Assembly (NCBI GenBank): GCA_018304425.1
Contig: JAGVWE010000002.1
Coordinates: forward strand, 1 to 64,000
From: Candidatus Iainarchaeum sp.
Lineage (GTDB): Archaea > Iainarchaeota > Iainarchaeia > Iainarchaeales > UBA10219
Reading direction: 5' to 3'
Length of the DNA: 64,000 bases
Part shown: positions 19,164-28,362 of the stretch, in pieces
Layout: every line of letters begins with the position of its first letter
Position numbering within the stretch: the first letter of the stretch is position 1
Made by a program: the position numbers and the translations under genes
The notes under the pieces: generated by a model
Seen by the model: only the letters and a program-made list of their open reading frames with translations
Told to the model about the DNA's origin: nothing
Database searches by the model: none

Positions 19164-21947
19164 ATGTATTCCAAAGAGGAAGCAAAAAAGATTATCGCTG
19201 CGCTGATTGCAAAATACGAAAAGGTAGTGGCTGAGGGCAAATTAAAGGACTACAGTGAAGCTGAAACACAACGCGGATTTATCGAGCCGCTCTTTAAAGC
19301 TCTTGGTTGGGATATTGAGAATAGAGAAGAAGTCTCACTCGAAGAGACCATTTCTAAGAAAAGGGCCGACTATGGTTTTAGAATAAATGGTGCACCCCAA
19401 TTTTACCTGGAAGCAAAACCGCTCAAGGCCGATTTAGAAAACATCAACTACGCATACCAAGTCATTAACTATGCTTGGACCATGGATTGCACTTGGGCCG
19501 TCCTAACAGATTTTGAAGGATTAAAAATTTATAACGCTGAATGGAAAGCCAAGCAGCCAAAGGACCAACTTTTTCTCCCATTTAAATATACTGATTATCT
19601 GGACCGTTTTGATGACCTTTGGCACCTAAGCAAAGCAGCTTTTCAAGAACATGCGCTAGATACTTTGGCGGAACGGTACGGAGGAAAAACTAAGCGGGCT
19701 AACATTACCTCACAAATATTTAATGACTTTATGGCTTGGCGCCTTTTGCTAACTAAAAATATTGCAAAAAACAAGAATGCATTGGATGAAGAAACATTAG
19801 ATGAGGCCGTACAAAGACTACTCGACAGGCTTATATTCATTCGAGTGTGCGAGGATAGGAAAATAGAACCGGAGTCGTTGAGGCAAGATTTTAGGCTTTG
19901 GCAGGCAAACAAGAAAGGCCGATCATTATCCTCAATTCTTGCCGAAAAATTCAGAAAATTCGATAAAATTTACAATAGTAAGCTATTTGCACCCCACCTT
20001 TGCGAAACACTTAGGATCGATGAAGATGTCTTGGAACAGATAATTGACGAATTATACGAAAAAGTCGAGAACGGCACCCCAATCCATCATTACGATTTCT
20101 CCATAATTGAATCCGACGTGCTCGGCAATATTTATGAACAATATTTGGGCCACATACTAAGAAAGACCGCACAGCGTGCCACGCTGTCGGAGAAAAAACA
20201 ACACAGAAAAGAAATGGGCATATTTTATACTCCAACCTACATTGTTGATTACATCGTAAAGAATACTATTGGGGAAAAAACGAAAGGACTCGAAATTAGC
20301 CATTTAACAAAAATAAAGATCCTAGACCCTGCCTGTGGGTCCGGCTCATTCTTGATCAAGGCTTTCGACCAATTGGTGGGGACTTATCGAAACAAGCTTA
20401 AAAATGAAAATCTTTGGTTAATTAAATCAGAAATCCTGACAAAAAATATTTATGGGGTTGATTTGGATGAAAAGGCCGTTGAAATAACTCAACTAAATCT
20501 CTTGCTTAAAGCCCTTGAAAAAAGAGAGTTGCTTCCGGACCTATCCGATAATATCAAGTGCGGAAATAGTCTCATTAGCAACTCATTAAACTATAAGAAA
20601 AACTTCGTTTGGAACGACGAATTCAAAAAAGTGTTCGACGCAGGCAAATTTGATGTCGTAGTTGGAAATCCACCCTACGTCAGACAAGAGGAGCTTAGCC
20701 CGTACAAGAAGCTTTTGGAAAGCTATGAAACGTACCATAGCATGGCAGATCTCTACGTCTATTTCTTTGAAAAAGGCATGAAAGTCCTCAAAGAAGACGG
20801 GCTCTTGGGTTTTATTGTTTCCAATAAGTTCTTGAAGGCTGGCTACGGTAAAAACCTGCGCAAATTCTTGTCTCAATACCACATTTGTGAATTCATAGAC
20901 TTTGGAGATCTCCAAGTATTCAAAGATGCAACAACATACCCTTGCATTATCATACTCAAACATAGAAAGGAATTAAACCCAAAAATTAAAGTAACAAAAG
21001 TATTGACATTGGACTTCGATAGCCTCACAAATTACGTCCAACAAAACTCATTTCTTGTCAATCAAAATAGCCTCGATAATGAAAATGGATGGAACTTCGA
21101 AACTTCACAAACCAGCGCACTAATAGAAAGAATCAAAGCAAATACCACCCCCCTCAAAGATTATCTCAAAAACCAAATTTACTGGGGCATTAAAACAGGT
21201 CTGGGCAAAGCATTCGTTATTGATGGCAGCACAAAGAATCAGCTAATCGCCGAAGATCCAAAAAGCACTGAAATAATTAAGCCATTTTTATCTGGCCGAG
21301 AAATCCGGCGTTATTCAATAATTCAGCCGAGCGAATATGTTATTTTTACCCGACGCGGGATAGATATTGAAAGGTACCAAGCAGTAAAAAAACACTTAGA
21401 AAAGTTCCGACAAGAATTAACCCCTAAAAAAAGCGCCGAGCAAAAAATAGGTCGCAAACCTGGCCCATACATGTGGTATGAAATTCAAGACTCGGTCGCT
21501 TATTATAAGGAATTCGAAAAACCAAAAATTATCTTTGGAATAATGACGACCCAGCCCAGATTTACGTTAGACTACGACGGCTATTACGCAAATAATGCCA
21601 ACTTCATCATCCCATTAGAAGACAAGCATCTGCTAGGAATTCTGAACTCAAAAATGGGCTGGTACCTTGTCTCGCGAATCTGCACTCAAATAAGGGGCGG
21701 TTATCAACTTATATGGCAATATTTCGGCAACTTCCCGGTTCCCAAAGCAAGAGACCCAAAAATCGAAAAGCTCGTTGAAAAAATGCTCGAACTGGCACAA
21801 AAAATCGCCGCACTTAGAGATAAGGAAACGGATGAGAAAAGGAAGGCTGAGAAAGTGTTTCAGACAGTTGATTCTGAAATCAATCAACTCGTTTACAAAT
21901 TATATGGGGTAACCGAAGAAGAAAAGAAAATTATTGAGGGTTCATAA
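19164..21947 (+). CDS. Type IIG restriction-modification enzyme (REase + m6A MTase + TRD)
   Basis: N-terminal HsdR_N-like nuclease (ADYG...LEAK...LTDF), GIFYTP, ILDPACGSGSF, VGNPPY and TaqI-C-like KPKII. The segment is AT-rich. Confidence 0.93.
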   Translation: MYSKEEAKKIIAALIAKYEKVVAEGKLKDYSEAETQRGFIEPLFKALGWDIENREEVSLEETISKKRADYGFRINGAPQFYLEAKPLKADLENINYAYQVINYAWTMDCTWAVLTDFEGLKIYNAEWKAKQPKDQLFLPFKYTDYLDRFDDLWHLSKAAFQEHALDTLAERYGGKTKRANITSQIFNDFMAWRLLLTKNIAKNKNALDEETLDEAVQRLLDRLIFIRVCEDRKIEPESLRQDFRLWQANKKGRSLSSILAEKFRKFDKIYNSKLFAPHLCETLRIDEDVLEQIIDELYEKVENGTPIHHYDFSIIESDVLGNIYEQYLGHILRKTAQRATLSEKKQHRKEMGIFYTPTYIVDYIVKNTIGEKTKGLEISHLTKIKILDPACGSGSFLIKAFDQLVGTYRNKLKNENLWLIKSEILTKNIYGVDLDEKAVEITQLNLLLKALEKRELLPDLSDNIKCGNSLISNSLNYKKNFVWNDEFKKVFDAGKFDVVVGNPPYVRQEELSPYKKLLESYETYHSMADLYVYFFEKGMKVLKEDGLLGFIVSNKFLKAGYGKNLRKFLSQYHICEFIDFGDLQVFKDATTYPCIIILKHRKELNPKIKVTKVLTLDFDSLTNYVQQNSFLVNQNSLDNENGWNFETSQTSALIERIKANTTPLKDYLKNQIYWGIKTGLGKAFVIDGSTKNQLIAEDPKSTEIIKPFLSGREIRRYSIIQPSEYVIFTRRGIDIERYQAVKKHLEKFRQELTPKKSAEQKIGRKPGPYMWYEIQDSVAYYKEFEKPKIIFGIMTTQPRFTLDYDGYYANNANFIIPLEDKHLLGILNSKMGWYLVSRICTQIRGGYQLIWQYFGNFPVPKARDPKIEKLVEKMLELAQKIAALRDKETDEKRKAEKVFQTVDSEINQLVYKLYGVTEEEKKIIEGS

Positions 21948-22156
21948 TGAGCTATGCCCCAACATCGCAAAAGATGGATGTCACGTGCCCTAAGTGCACA
22001 ACTGCGGGAGAAGTGTTATGGTTTCCATCAAATAAAGTAAAAATAGAACTGCCTGGCACCAGATCCGGTAAAACCACCGCCTGGTCCGGCCGCGGCGAAA
22101 CCGTCGAAGGCGCCTGCTCCAAGTGTTGGTACAAGTTCACGGAAGACGATTTGTGA
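21947..22156 (+). CDS. Small zinc-ribbon protein
   Basis: CPKC and CSKC pairs. TAATG coupling to the R-M gene. Confidence 0.6.
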   Translation: MSYAPTSQKMDVTCPKCTTAGEVLWFPSNKVKIELPGTRSGKTTAWSGRGETVEGACSKCWYKFTEDDL

Positions 22157-22216
22157 GCCAGCAGACTCGAATTAAAGCTTTTCGTTCATCCCACATGCAG
22201 TGCGCGGGGTTTTGGT

Positions 22217-23440
22217 TTGGGGCCAGTGAATCGGAAGGACTGGGGTAAATTTATCTCCCCCAGCGTCGATAAGCAGACCCCGTTTTATCGCTGGTATCTG
22301 TACAAGCACGGCTATTCTAAGCGATTGGTCGAACAAATCATAGCCAAATTCAAGCTCAAAGCTGGGCAGAGCGTGCTGGACCCTTTCTGCGGGGGCGGGA
22401 CCACGCTCCTAGCAGCCGCCGAAAACGGGCTCAATGCGGTCGGCTTCGACATAATGTCGTTCCCAGTGCTCGTCTCCAACACGAAAATGCTGCGCCCGAG
22501 CGTCTCTAACGTAGAGAAATATGAAAAGAAATTTACGCTCGAAAAAATAAGGGTCACAAAACCATACTCGCTGCCCGACATCAAAATATTTGAGAAAGCG
22601 TTCAATAAAAAGACGTTGAACTTCTTGCTGAAATTCCGTGGAAAAATCGACGACATAAAAAAACCGGCACTTAAGAACATCTTCCTACTGTGCTATCTGA
22701 AAACGTTAGAAAAGGCTGGCCGAGCACGGAAAAGCGGGGGGTTCCTTCGGCTTACAAAAGCTAGGAACGCTTCACAGAAGAAAATATTCACCCAATTCAC
22801 CAAATTCTTGGACGAGGTCAAGACAGATTTGAAAGCTGCAAGCAAACTAAAAGGAAAAGCGCAAGCAAAAGTTGGTGACAGCCGAAAAATCTCCAGCAAA
22901 CAGAAATTTGATGCAGTGATTAGCTCGCCACCCTATCCGAACCGGCACGACTACACGCGGGTCTATTTGCTCGAAGAAGCGTTAGGGTTCAACAAGAACG
23001 ACAAAGAAATCAAATGGCTCCGATACAAGACGCTGCGCTCGCACGTCGAAGCCAAAAAGCAAAAATTCGACGCGACGGGATATGTAAGGCCCGCCAAGTT
23101 GACACGCGCCATTAAAAAATTAGAAAAAAAAGACCTAAACAACCCCAAAATCGTCGAAATGATTGACGGATTCTTCGAAGATATGTATCTAACTCTCAAA
23201 AATGTCAAAGGTTGTGTCAAAGCCGGCGGGAAAGTGGGCTTTGTAATAAGCAACGCGCGCTACGCCGGTGTGCCGGTTCTAACAGATGAAATACTCAGGG
23301 ATGTAGGTAAACAAGCAGGCCTAGCCACCAAGGAAATTATCTTACTCCGAAATAGAGGGAATAGCAGCCAACAGATGAAAGAATACAATCGACTACCAGC
23401 CAGAGAAAGCCTAGTCATTTTTGAAAAGAGTCTTGGCTAA
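22217..23440 (+). CDS. DNA amino-methyltransferase (probable m4C)
   Basis: RWYLYKHGYS, motif I VLDPFCGGGTT preceding motif IV SSPPY. Start uncertain. Confidence 0.9.
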   Translation: MGPVNRKDWGKFISPSVDKQTPFYRWYLYKHGYSKRLVEQIIAKFKLKAGQSVLDPFCGGGTTLLAAAENGLNAVGFDIMSFPVLVSNTKMLRPSVSNVEKYEKKFTLEKIRVTKPYSLPDIKIFEKAFNKKTLNFLLKFRGKIDDIKKPALKNIFLLCYLKTLEKAGRARKSGGFLRLTKARNASQKKIFTQFTKFLDEVKTDLKAASKLKGKAQAKVGDSRKISSKQKFDAVISSPPYPNRHDYTRVYLLEEALGFNKNDKEIKWLRYKTLRSHVEAKKQKFDATGYVRPAKLTRAIKKLEKKDLNNPKIVEMIDGFFEDMYLTLKNVKGCVKAGGKVGFVISNARYAGVPVLTDEILRDVGKQAGLATKEIILLRNRGNSSQQMKEYNRLPARESLVIFEKSLG

Positions 23441-24547
23441 TTCATCGCTGATAACTTCCCCCGTTTTTTTATATTTGCCAAATGATTTAAGAAGAAACTC
23501 GTGCCGTTTAGTCACAGACGGCTTTTCTACTGATGCCTGCAAGACATATTTGTGGAAGTAGTCAAGCACAGCTTTATTTGTTGGAGCTTTAAAGTCACGC
23601 AGGAGCTTCATTTGATTCTTTATTTCTCTTATAAGCCTTAAATAAAACTGAACAAATTTCGAAACATCGTTGCGCCGGCCTTCATTAATTAATTCTTCAA
23701 CAAATAAATAAGCCGATACTGCCACAGCTCGACTAGATATAAGTTCCGCATCCTTTCCAAATTCTTTATCCATAACTTCCAATACGGCCTCAACATGTTT
23801 GATGCTTTTTGAATCTGCACCAATTTTTTTATATTGCTCAAAATCATTTGCTATATCTTCATAACGGGCCCTACGAAACTCACCGGAAATTCGTTTTGAA
23901 AACGAATTAAGCACCATTTGCGCCAGAGCAAACTCACGAGAAAAACGTTTAAATGAAAGTTTTGTGTGACGAAAAAATAACATGTCTCGGCCTTTAACCT
24001 TAAAAATAAAGTCCCTCAAATCACCAGTCATTGAATGCAACGACTCACCGGATTTTAATGGATCCCCAAGTTGTAACCTGGCAAACGTCTCACGAATAAG
24101 TTTATCGTCTGGCTTTACCAAAATACTAAAATCCAATTTATACTCGTCAGTAATAAACTTAGCAAGTTTGTTTTCCTTCTGTTCAAGTTCACGATAGCTA
24201 AATTCTGGCGCATCTTTTTCTTCAGTCAATTTAACCTTTAATGGTCGCCTTGGAGAAAAATCATCGCCAAAATACGAGGGCTTAAAAAATTCAACGATTG
24301 CCGTAATCCGCTGCTTACCATCAATGCACTCGTATACATCGTCTTTCGTTTCAGCCAAATATATTTTAGGGATGTCAATATCCTGAACCAGTGAATTAAT
24401 TAAACGGGCCTTTTTCCAAGGTGGCCAAATCTCCTCACGCTGATAGTCCGCATCCAAATCGATAAGAGGAAGCCATTTCTCAATGAAGTCCTGAACGTTA
24501 ATCTGAACACTTTTCCTTTTTTTAGATTGATACGCCATAAAAATCAC
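23411..24547 (-). CDS. DUF262 (GmrS/ParB-like) domain protein
   Basis: DYQRE..W, LINSL...IPKIYL, IDGKQR and FARLQ.G.PL. No HNH/DUF1524 motif is visible in the C-terminal half. Confidence 0.88.
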   Translation of the reverse strand: MIFMAYQSKKRKSVQINVQDFIEKWLPLIDLDADYQREEIWPPWKKARLINSLVQDIDIPKIYLAETKDDVYECIDGKQRITAIVEFFKPSYFGDDFSPRRPLKVKLTEEKDAPEFSYRELEQKENKLAKFITDEYKLDFSILVKPDDKLIRETFARLQLGDPLKSGESLHSMTGDLRDFIFKVKGRDMLFFRHTKLSFKRFSREFALAQMVLNSFSKRISGEFRRARYEDIANDFEQYKKIGADSKSIKHVEAVLEVMDKEFGKDAELISSRAVAVSAYLFVEELINEGRRNDVSKFVQFYLRLIREIKNQMKLLRDFKAPTNKAVLDYFHKYVLQASVEKPSVTKRHEFLLKSFGKYKKTGEVISDELAKTLFKND

Positions 24548-25584
24548 ATCTTACAAACAACTTTTAACTTGGTGCTTTGCATACTGTTTGGAGGCAGCAT
24601 TAATTTACATTTTGCAGCAAGCCAGACCTTAAATGGGTTGGCATCCCAATTGGTTTTTGCATTATTAATCGCCTGAGAAAATTGAAGCCTGCCATGTTCT
24701 ATATTAAGCATTTTATCTATATTCGGAAAAAACCCCAAGGCCTTTCGTATTTCAATTCCAGAGTCATCAAAATCAATCAATTCAATTGTAAATCCATGTT
24801 TACGCTTTAGATGTGCCTTAAACAACAAATTAATGAGGCCTGCATCGTTTTTGTCAAACGAACAGCCAATAACACGTAACACATCACATTCGGCAAGAAC
24901 TTCTGCGGCCTTTGCCCAAATAAGATTATAAGGTTCCTCAGAGTACTCTTTTTGTGTGCCTGGCGGAATCCAAGGAACATTAAGTCCTGAGTCTTCCCAC
25001 TCAAAGGAACCATGCAATTTTAATAAAGACATCCCTTTTTTCGCACAAGAAGACGTATGATTGCAATACGGAATGTCCTTTGTTTTTACGTTGTAGACGC
25101 TCCGGTAAGCTCTGTCAAGCAAGCCATCATAATTCAAAGTCATATATGCTAATACTTTCTCTTTTTTGGCAATATTTTTTAGCTGATGGAAAAAAAGAAG
25201 AGCTGAATATAATGTTGGCTTAACAGTCTTCCCATCAACCAACAAATGAGTGGTAATGTCCTTTTTCACTAGGTTTCGCAATGCATTAGCATGCTCATGA
25301 GACCCTTTACGCCTACTCGATTCTATAAGCGTAATAAATTGTTCGATATTTGCTGGCCTGTCTGATAGAACACGTATTAATGCATTCTTCACCCTGTGCA
25401 ATTTTTTTGACTTATTTAAAGCCTGGTGGATACGTTCAGAAATATTGCTTGTAAGCAGCCCCTTTTTTTCTTTAATGTCTTGTGAGAGCTCAGAGCCGTA
25501 CGAATACATAACTTCTGCATGAGTAGCTCCAGCACCAAACAAATAAGCAATTCGGAGGGGTGTGGATGTTCTCGCTTTTTGCAT
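24544..25584 (-). CDS. SIR2-like domain protein (NADase effector candidate)
   Basis: YLFGAGAT, TLNYD, LKLHGS, IPPG..K and VIGCSF..ND. GTGA overlap with the DUF262 gene. Confidence 0.85.
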   Translation of the reverse strand: MQKARTSTPLRIAYLFGAGATHAEVMYSYGSELSQDIKEKKGLLTSNISERIHQALNKSKKLHRVKNALIRVLSDRPANIEQFITLIESSRRKGSHEHANALRNLVKKDITTHLLVDGKTVKPTLYSALLFFHQLKNIAKKEKVLAYMTLNYDGLLDRAYRSVYNVKTKDIPYCNHTSSCAKKGMSLLKLHGSFEWEDSGLNVPWIPPGTQKEYSEEPYNLIWAKAAEVLAECDVLRVIGCSFDKNDAGLINLLFKAHLKRKHGFTIELIDFDDSGIEIRKALGFFPNIDKMLNIEHGRLQFSQAINNAKTNWDANPFKVWLAAKCKLMLPPNSMQSTKLKVVCKM

Positions 25585-25629
25585 ATACTATGACTCCTCG
25601 AGCAAAACTACTTATAAATTTCACCCAGT

Positions 25630-25684
25630 GTCCTTCTTTTTCCGGTCGTCCTTCTCGTCCTTCCGGGTAATCGCGTAGGCCCTT
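25630..25684 (-). repeat. Island repeat R, copy 4 (5' half only)
   Basis: Minus strand AAGGGCCTACGCGATTACCCGGAAG...AAAAAGAAGGAC, near-identical to the start of copy 5. Confidence 0.75.
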
Positions 25685-25699
25685 CGTTGGTTGGTTGCC

Positions 25700-25756
25700 T
25701 GGTTTTTGCACGTTGTCCTGCCAAAACTGATCGGTTGAGCCAGCGTAGAGACGCAT
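25700..25756 (-). pseudogene. Short gene-start remnant (MRLYAGSTDQFWQDNVQ), possibly DUF2075-like
   Basis: ATG 3 bp after the MazG-like stop. From recollection the peptide resembles N-termini of DUF2075 proteins that commonly follow this pyrophosphohydrolase. The frame runs into repeat R4. Confidence 0.45.
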
Positions 25757-25759
25757 TAA

Positions 25760-26122
25760 CTATAATTCCGAGTATTTGGCGTTCTTTCCTTTCGCCTTCC
25801 CCACCGGATACTTCTGCTCGTTCTCCTGCATCTTCGCTTCCAGCGCTTCGGAGAGGTCGATGTCGAGCATTTGGCTCATGCGGAGGAGGAAGTAGAGGAC
25901 GTCCGCCATCTCGTGGCCGATCCCGGCCTTCTTCTGGGGGTCGGCCAGCAGGGCCTCGATATCGGCGTCGGACTTGAAGCGGAACTTTTCCAGCAGCTCG
26001 GCGGCTTCCGTGATAATCCCGATGGAAAGGTCCTTGGCGCCGTGGAACCGGTCCCAGTCCCGGGCCTCGCAGAAGGCCTGGACTTTGGCTTTCAACTCCT
26101 GCAGGTTGGCCTTGGAGTCCAT
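25760..26122 (-). CDS. MazG-like nucleotide pyrophosphohydrolase
   Basis: RDWDRFH..KDL...EAAELLE.F, HEMADV and KMQENEQKYP. Confidence 0.93.
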   Translation of the reverse strand: MDSKANLQELKAKVQAFCEARDWDRFHGAKDLSIGIITEAAELLEKFRFKSDADIEALLADPQKKAGIGHEMADVLYFLLRMSQMLDIDLSEALEAKMQENEQKYPVGKAKGKNAKYSEL

Positions 26123-26362
26123 GCCAAAAAATTGATCCCAACAGGTTAAAACCTCTCACGCCACCCAACCCCACCAAAACACGTTTTTCCGGCAAATGAC
26201 GTGTTTTTATGTTTTTTGGTTCTAGTGGAAATATCGCCTGTTACAACAGCCGATAATTGGCGATTATTGGATGCTATACCATTCAATAATTGGAAACCGT
26301 TGATTTGGCACCGGAAACCTGGTCTAGGGGCGTTTTTAAAGGCGTGGAGGGAAGAGGGGTTT

Positions 26363-27076
26363 ATGGAGGAGAAATTCGCGTACTGGGAGTTCGTGTTGAA
26401 GGGCGCGAACGCGCACGACATACATGGCGTGCAACTACGAGAAAATATCAGGAAGCTTGCCGTGGACGCCGGCGTTCCAGGCGATGTACGCAACGTGAAA
26501 AAGGACCATACTGTCCTTGTTCGATGCAAAGCCCCTGAAGAGCAAGCGGAGAGATTGCTACAAACCATACTGAAAATACCGGACGCGCTCATCAAGTTGC
26601 ATCCCACCGACTCGTTCAAGAGAAAAATGACGAGCGAAGGCGGCGAGCCGCCCAAAATCCCCGACGAGTTCGAAATCATCCGCGAAGACGAGCTCTCCGA
26701 AATGGTGTGGGCGCTGCAGGGCGCTGGAAAGATTTTCGCGGGAGGCGAAAAGTCACGGGAAAGGAAATTGACCCAGGCCCTCAAGCTGGCGTTAATCGAA
26801 ACCAGCGCGTGCGCGGACGAGCATAACCGCGGCACGCCAAACAACCGGAACTTCGTCGTGACCGCGCTGGAGAACTTCATCTCCACCGGCCCCGTAGAAG
26901 ACACAGACCTGGTGAAACAAGTCTATGACCTCTATCAACTATGCGGCCAAGCCAATGAATACCTTAGATTGGCGTTATCTGGGCAGCGCACGCAAGACAA
27001 AGTGAAAGAGTTAAGCGAGCAAATCTTGAAATTGGCGGGCAAGATTTTGGAAAATCTTAATAACCAGAAGGGGTAA
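26363..27076 (+). CDS. Acylphosphatase-like-domain protein with a helical C-terminal extension
   Basis: G..HDIHGVQLR...GVPGDVRN..D.TVLV...FEIIR resembles a degenerate acylphosphatase fold. Start ATG 26363 after GAGGGG. Confidence 0.6.
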   Translation: MEEKFAYWEFVLKGANAHDIHGVQLRENIRKLAVDAGVPGDVRNVKKDHTVLVRCKAPEEQAERLLQTILKIPDALIKLHPTDSFKRKMTSEGGEPPKIPDEFEIIREDELSEMVWALQGAGKIFAGGEKSRERKLTQALKLALIETSACADEHNRGTPNNRNFVVTALENFISTGPVEDTDLVKQVYDLYQLCGQANEYLRLALSGQRTQDKVKELSEQILKLAGKILENLNNQKG

Positions 27077-27088
27077 AGGGGGTATGGG

Positions 27089-27562
27089 ATGAAAAACTTT
27101 CAAAAAATAATGCAAGCCTTCAAAGCCTTGAACGGCAAGGAGCTCGACATGGGCGAATACGAAAACCGGCTAAGGCTGCAAAAAATCGTCTATCTCTTGC
27201 AGGCGGCCGGACTGAAACTCGGTGGCTATCCTTTCTACTGGTACATCAAGGGCCCCTATTCGCCCGCCTTGACTAAATACATCTTCGAATCCCTCGACAG
27301 ACCAAGAACGGCGCATAAAGGCGAGGGCCTAGATACAAGGGAAAAACGCGTGGTGGAAAAACTAAAGACCACGCTTGAAGATGAAATGAGAGACGCCAAG
27401 CAATTAGAACTCTTGGGTTCGCTTGTCTTCATCCGGAACGACGAAAAAGTACGGGACAAAGCCGAGCTCCTAGAACGAATGTATTCGAGGAAACCCTGGT
27501 ATTCGAAAGCGGAAATTGCGGCTCAAATTGAAAAGATTGAGGCGTGCGGGCTATTCAACTAA
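27089..27562 (+). CDS. Panacea/SocA (DUF4065)/YwgA-like protein
   Basis: RLRLQKIVYLLQ, YPFYWYIKGPYSPAL and LELLGSL. Confidence 0.75.
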   Translation: MKNFQKIMQAFKALNGKELDMGEYENRLRLQKIVYLLQAAGLKLGGYPFYWYIKGPYSPALTKYIFESLDRPRTAHKGEGLDTREKRVVEKLKTTLEDEMRDAKQLELLGSLVFIRNDEKVRDKAELLERMYSRKPWYSKAEIAAQIEKIEACGLFN

Positions 27563-27565
27563 GTA

Positions 27566-27675
27566 CCCGCCCCCCGTCCCTCGCTCAGATGGGCGTCCAT
27601 CGGGGCGCAAGGCTGGCCGTCCTTCTTTTTCTTTTCCACCGGGGCGGTGCGCTTCGGGTAATCCCGTAGGCCCTT
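27566..27675 (-). repeat. Island repeat R, copy 5
   Basis: Minus strand AAGGGCCTACGGGATTACCCGAAG...AAGAAAAAGAAGGAC...GCGCCCCG...GAGCGAGGGACGGGGGGCGGG. It fills almost exactly the gap between two convergent stop codons. Confidence 0.75.
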
Positions 27676-28036
27676 ACCCCGTTCCGCCCATCTTCTTCCA
27701 TTCGTTTCGTTGTTTTTGTCGTTCTTTTTGTTCTTGTTTTTTTTGTTTCGCGTTTTCTTTGGCTTGTTTTTGTTTTTCGCGTTGGTCGTAGTCTTGTTCT
27801 TCTTTGAAGCCTTTGGGGTCGAGTTCCAGGTAAATGGTTTTCCAGGCCCGGGGATAGCGTTCTTGGACGTCCAGGTAATGCATGTGGCCCGCCCACCCCA
27901 GCCGGCTGCCACTCAAAATCCCGGCCTCCAAAAGCATTAAGTCTTCGACGTACGCGCGCCGCCGGGAAGTAAACGGCGCGCCCTTAATCGCTTTCCTGAT
28001 GAACTCCGACTTAATCGACGAAAAACCTTCGCCCAT
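27674..28036 (-). CDS. Hypothetical protein with a charged coiled-coil tail
   Basis: 120-aa ORF from ATG 28036 with a K/Q/E-rich C-terminus. Confidence 0.65.
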   Translation of the reverse strand: MGEGFSSIKSEFIRKAIKGAPFTSRRRAYVEDLMLLEAGILSGSRLGWAGHMHYLDVQERYPRAWKTIYLELDPKGFKEEQDYDQREKQKQAKENAKQKKQEQKERQKQRNEWKKMGGTG

Positions 28037-28242
28037 ACCAGCACTCCCGCGGGCCAAGTAAAAAAGGTTTTTGGTGCAAAACCCAGGGGAAAACCGCTCC
28101 CAACCGGGCCGGTTAACCCAAGCCAGGCAAGCCGGGCCACTCCCTTCGCCGGGCCAACGCCACGCAACCGGTCCCGTCAGCGAGCTGCTTCACCAAGGGC
28201 TTCCGCCGAGGGGAGGGAAGGCATGGAAGCAAGGGAAAGACG

Positions 28243-28276
28243 AACAAAATATAAATAGTTCGACGATTGACGTATT
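28243..28276 (+). promoter_or_regulatory. Island motif M copy 3
   Basis: AACAAAATATAAATAGTTCGACGATTGACGTATT. Confidence 0.75.
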
Positions 28277-28362
28277 ATTATAGATTAAAGGGGCCTTCAA
28301 GCGATAGAAATATAAAAACTATCAACAACTATAGTTATTATCAATATTTATTGATAGTTGTG

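Noticed and set aside
28205-28222. CCGAGGGGAGGGAAGGC matching part of repeat R3
   Set aside because: Only ~17 bp in purine-rich DNA, too short to count as a seventh copy without a profile search.
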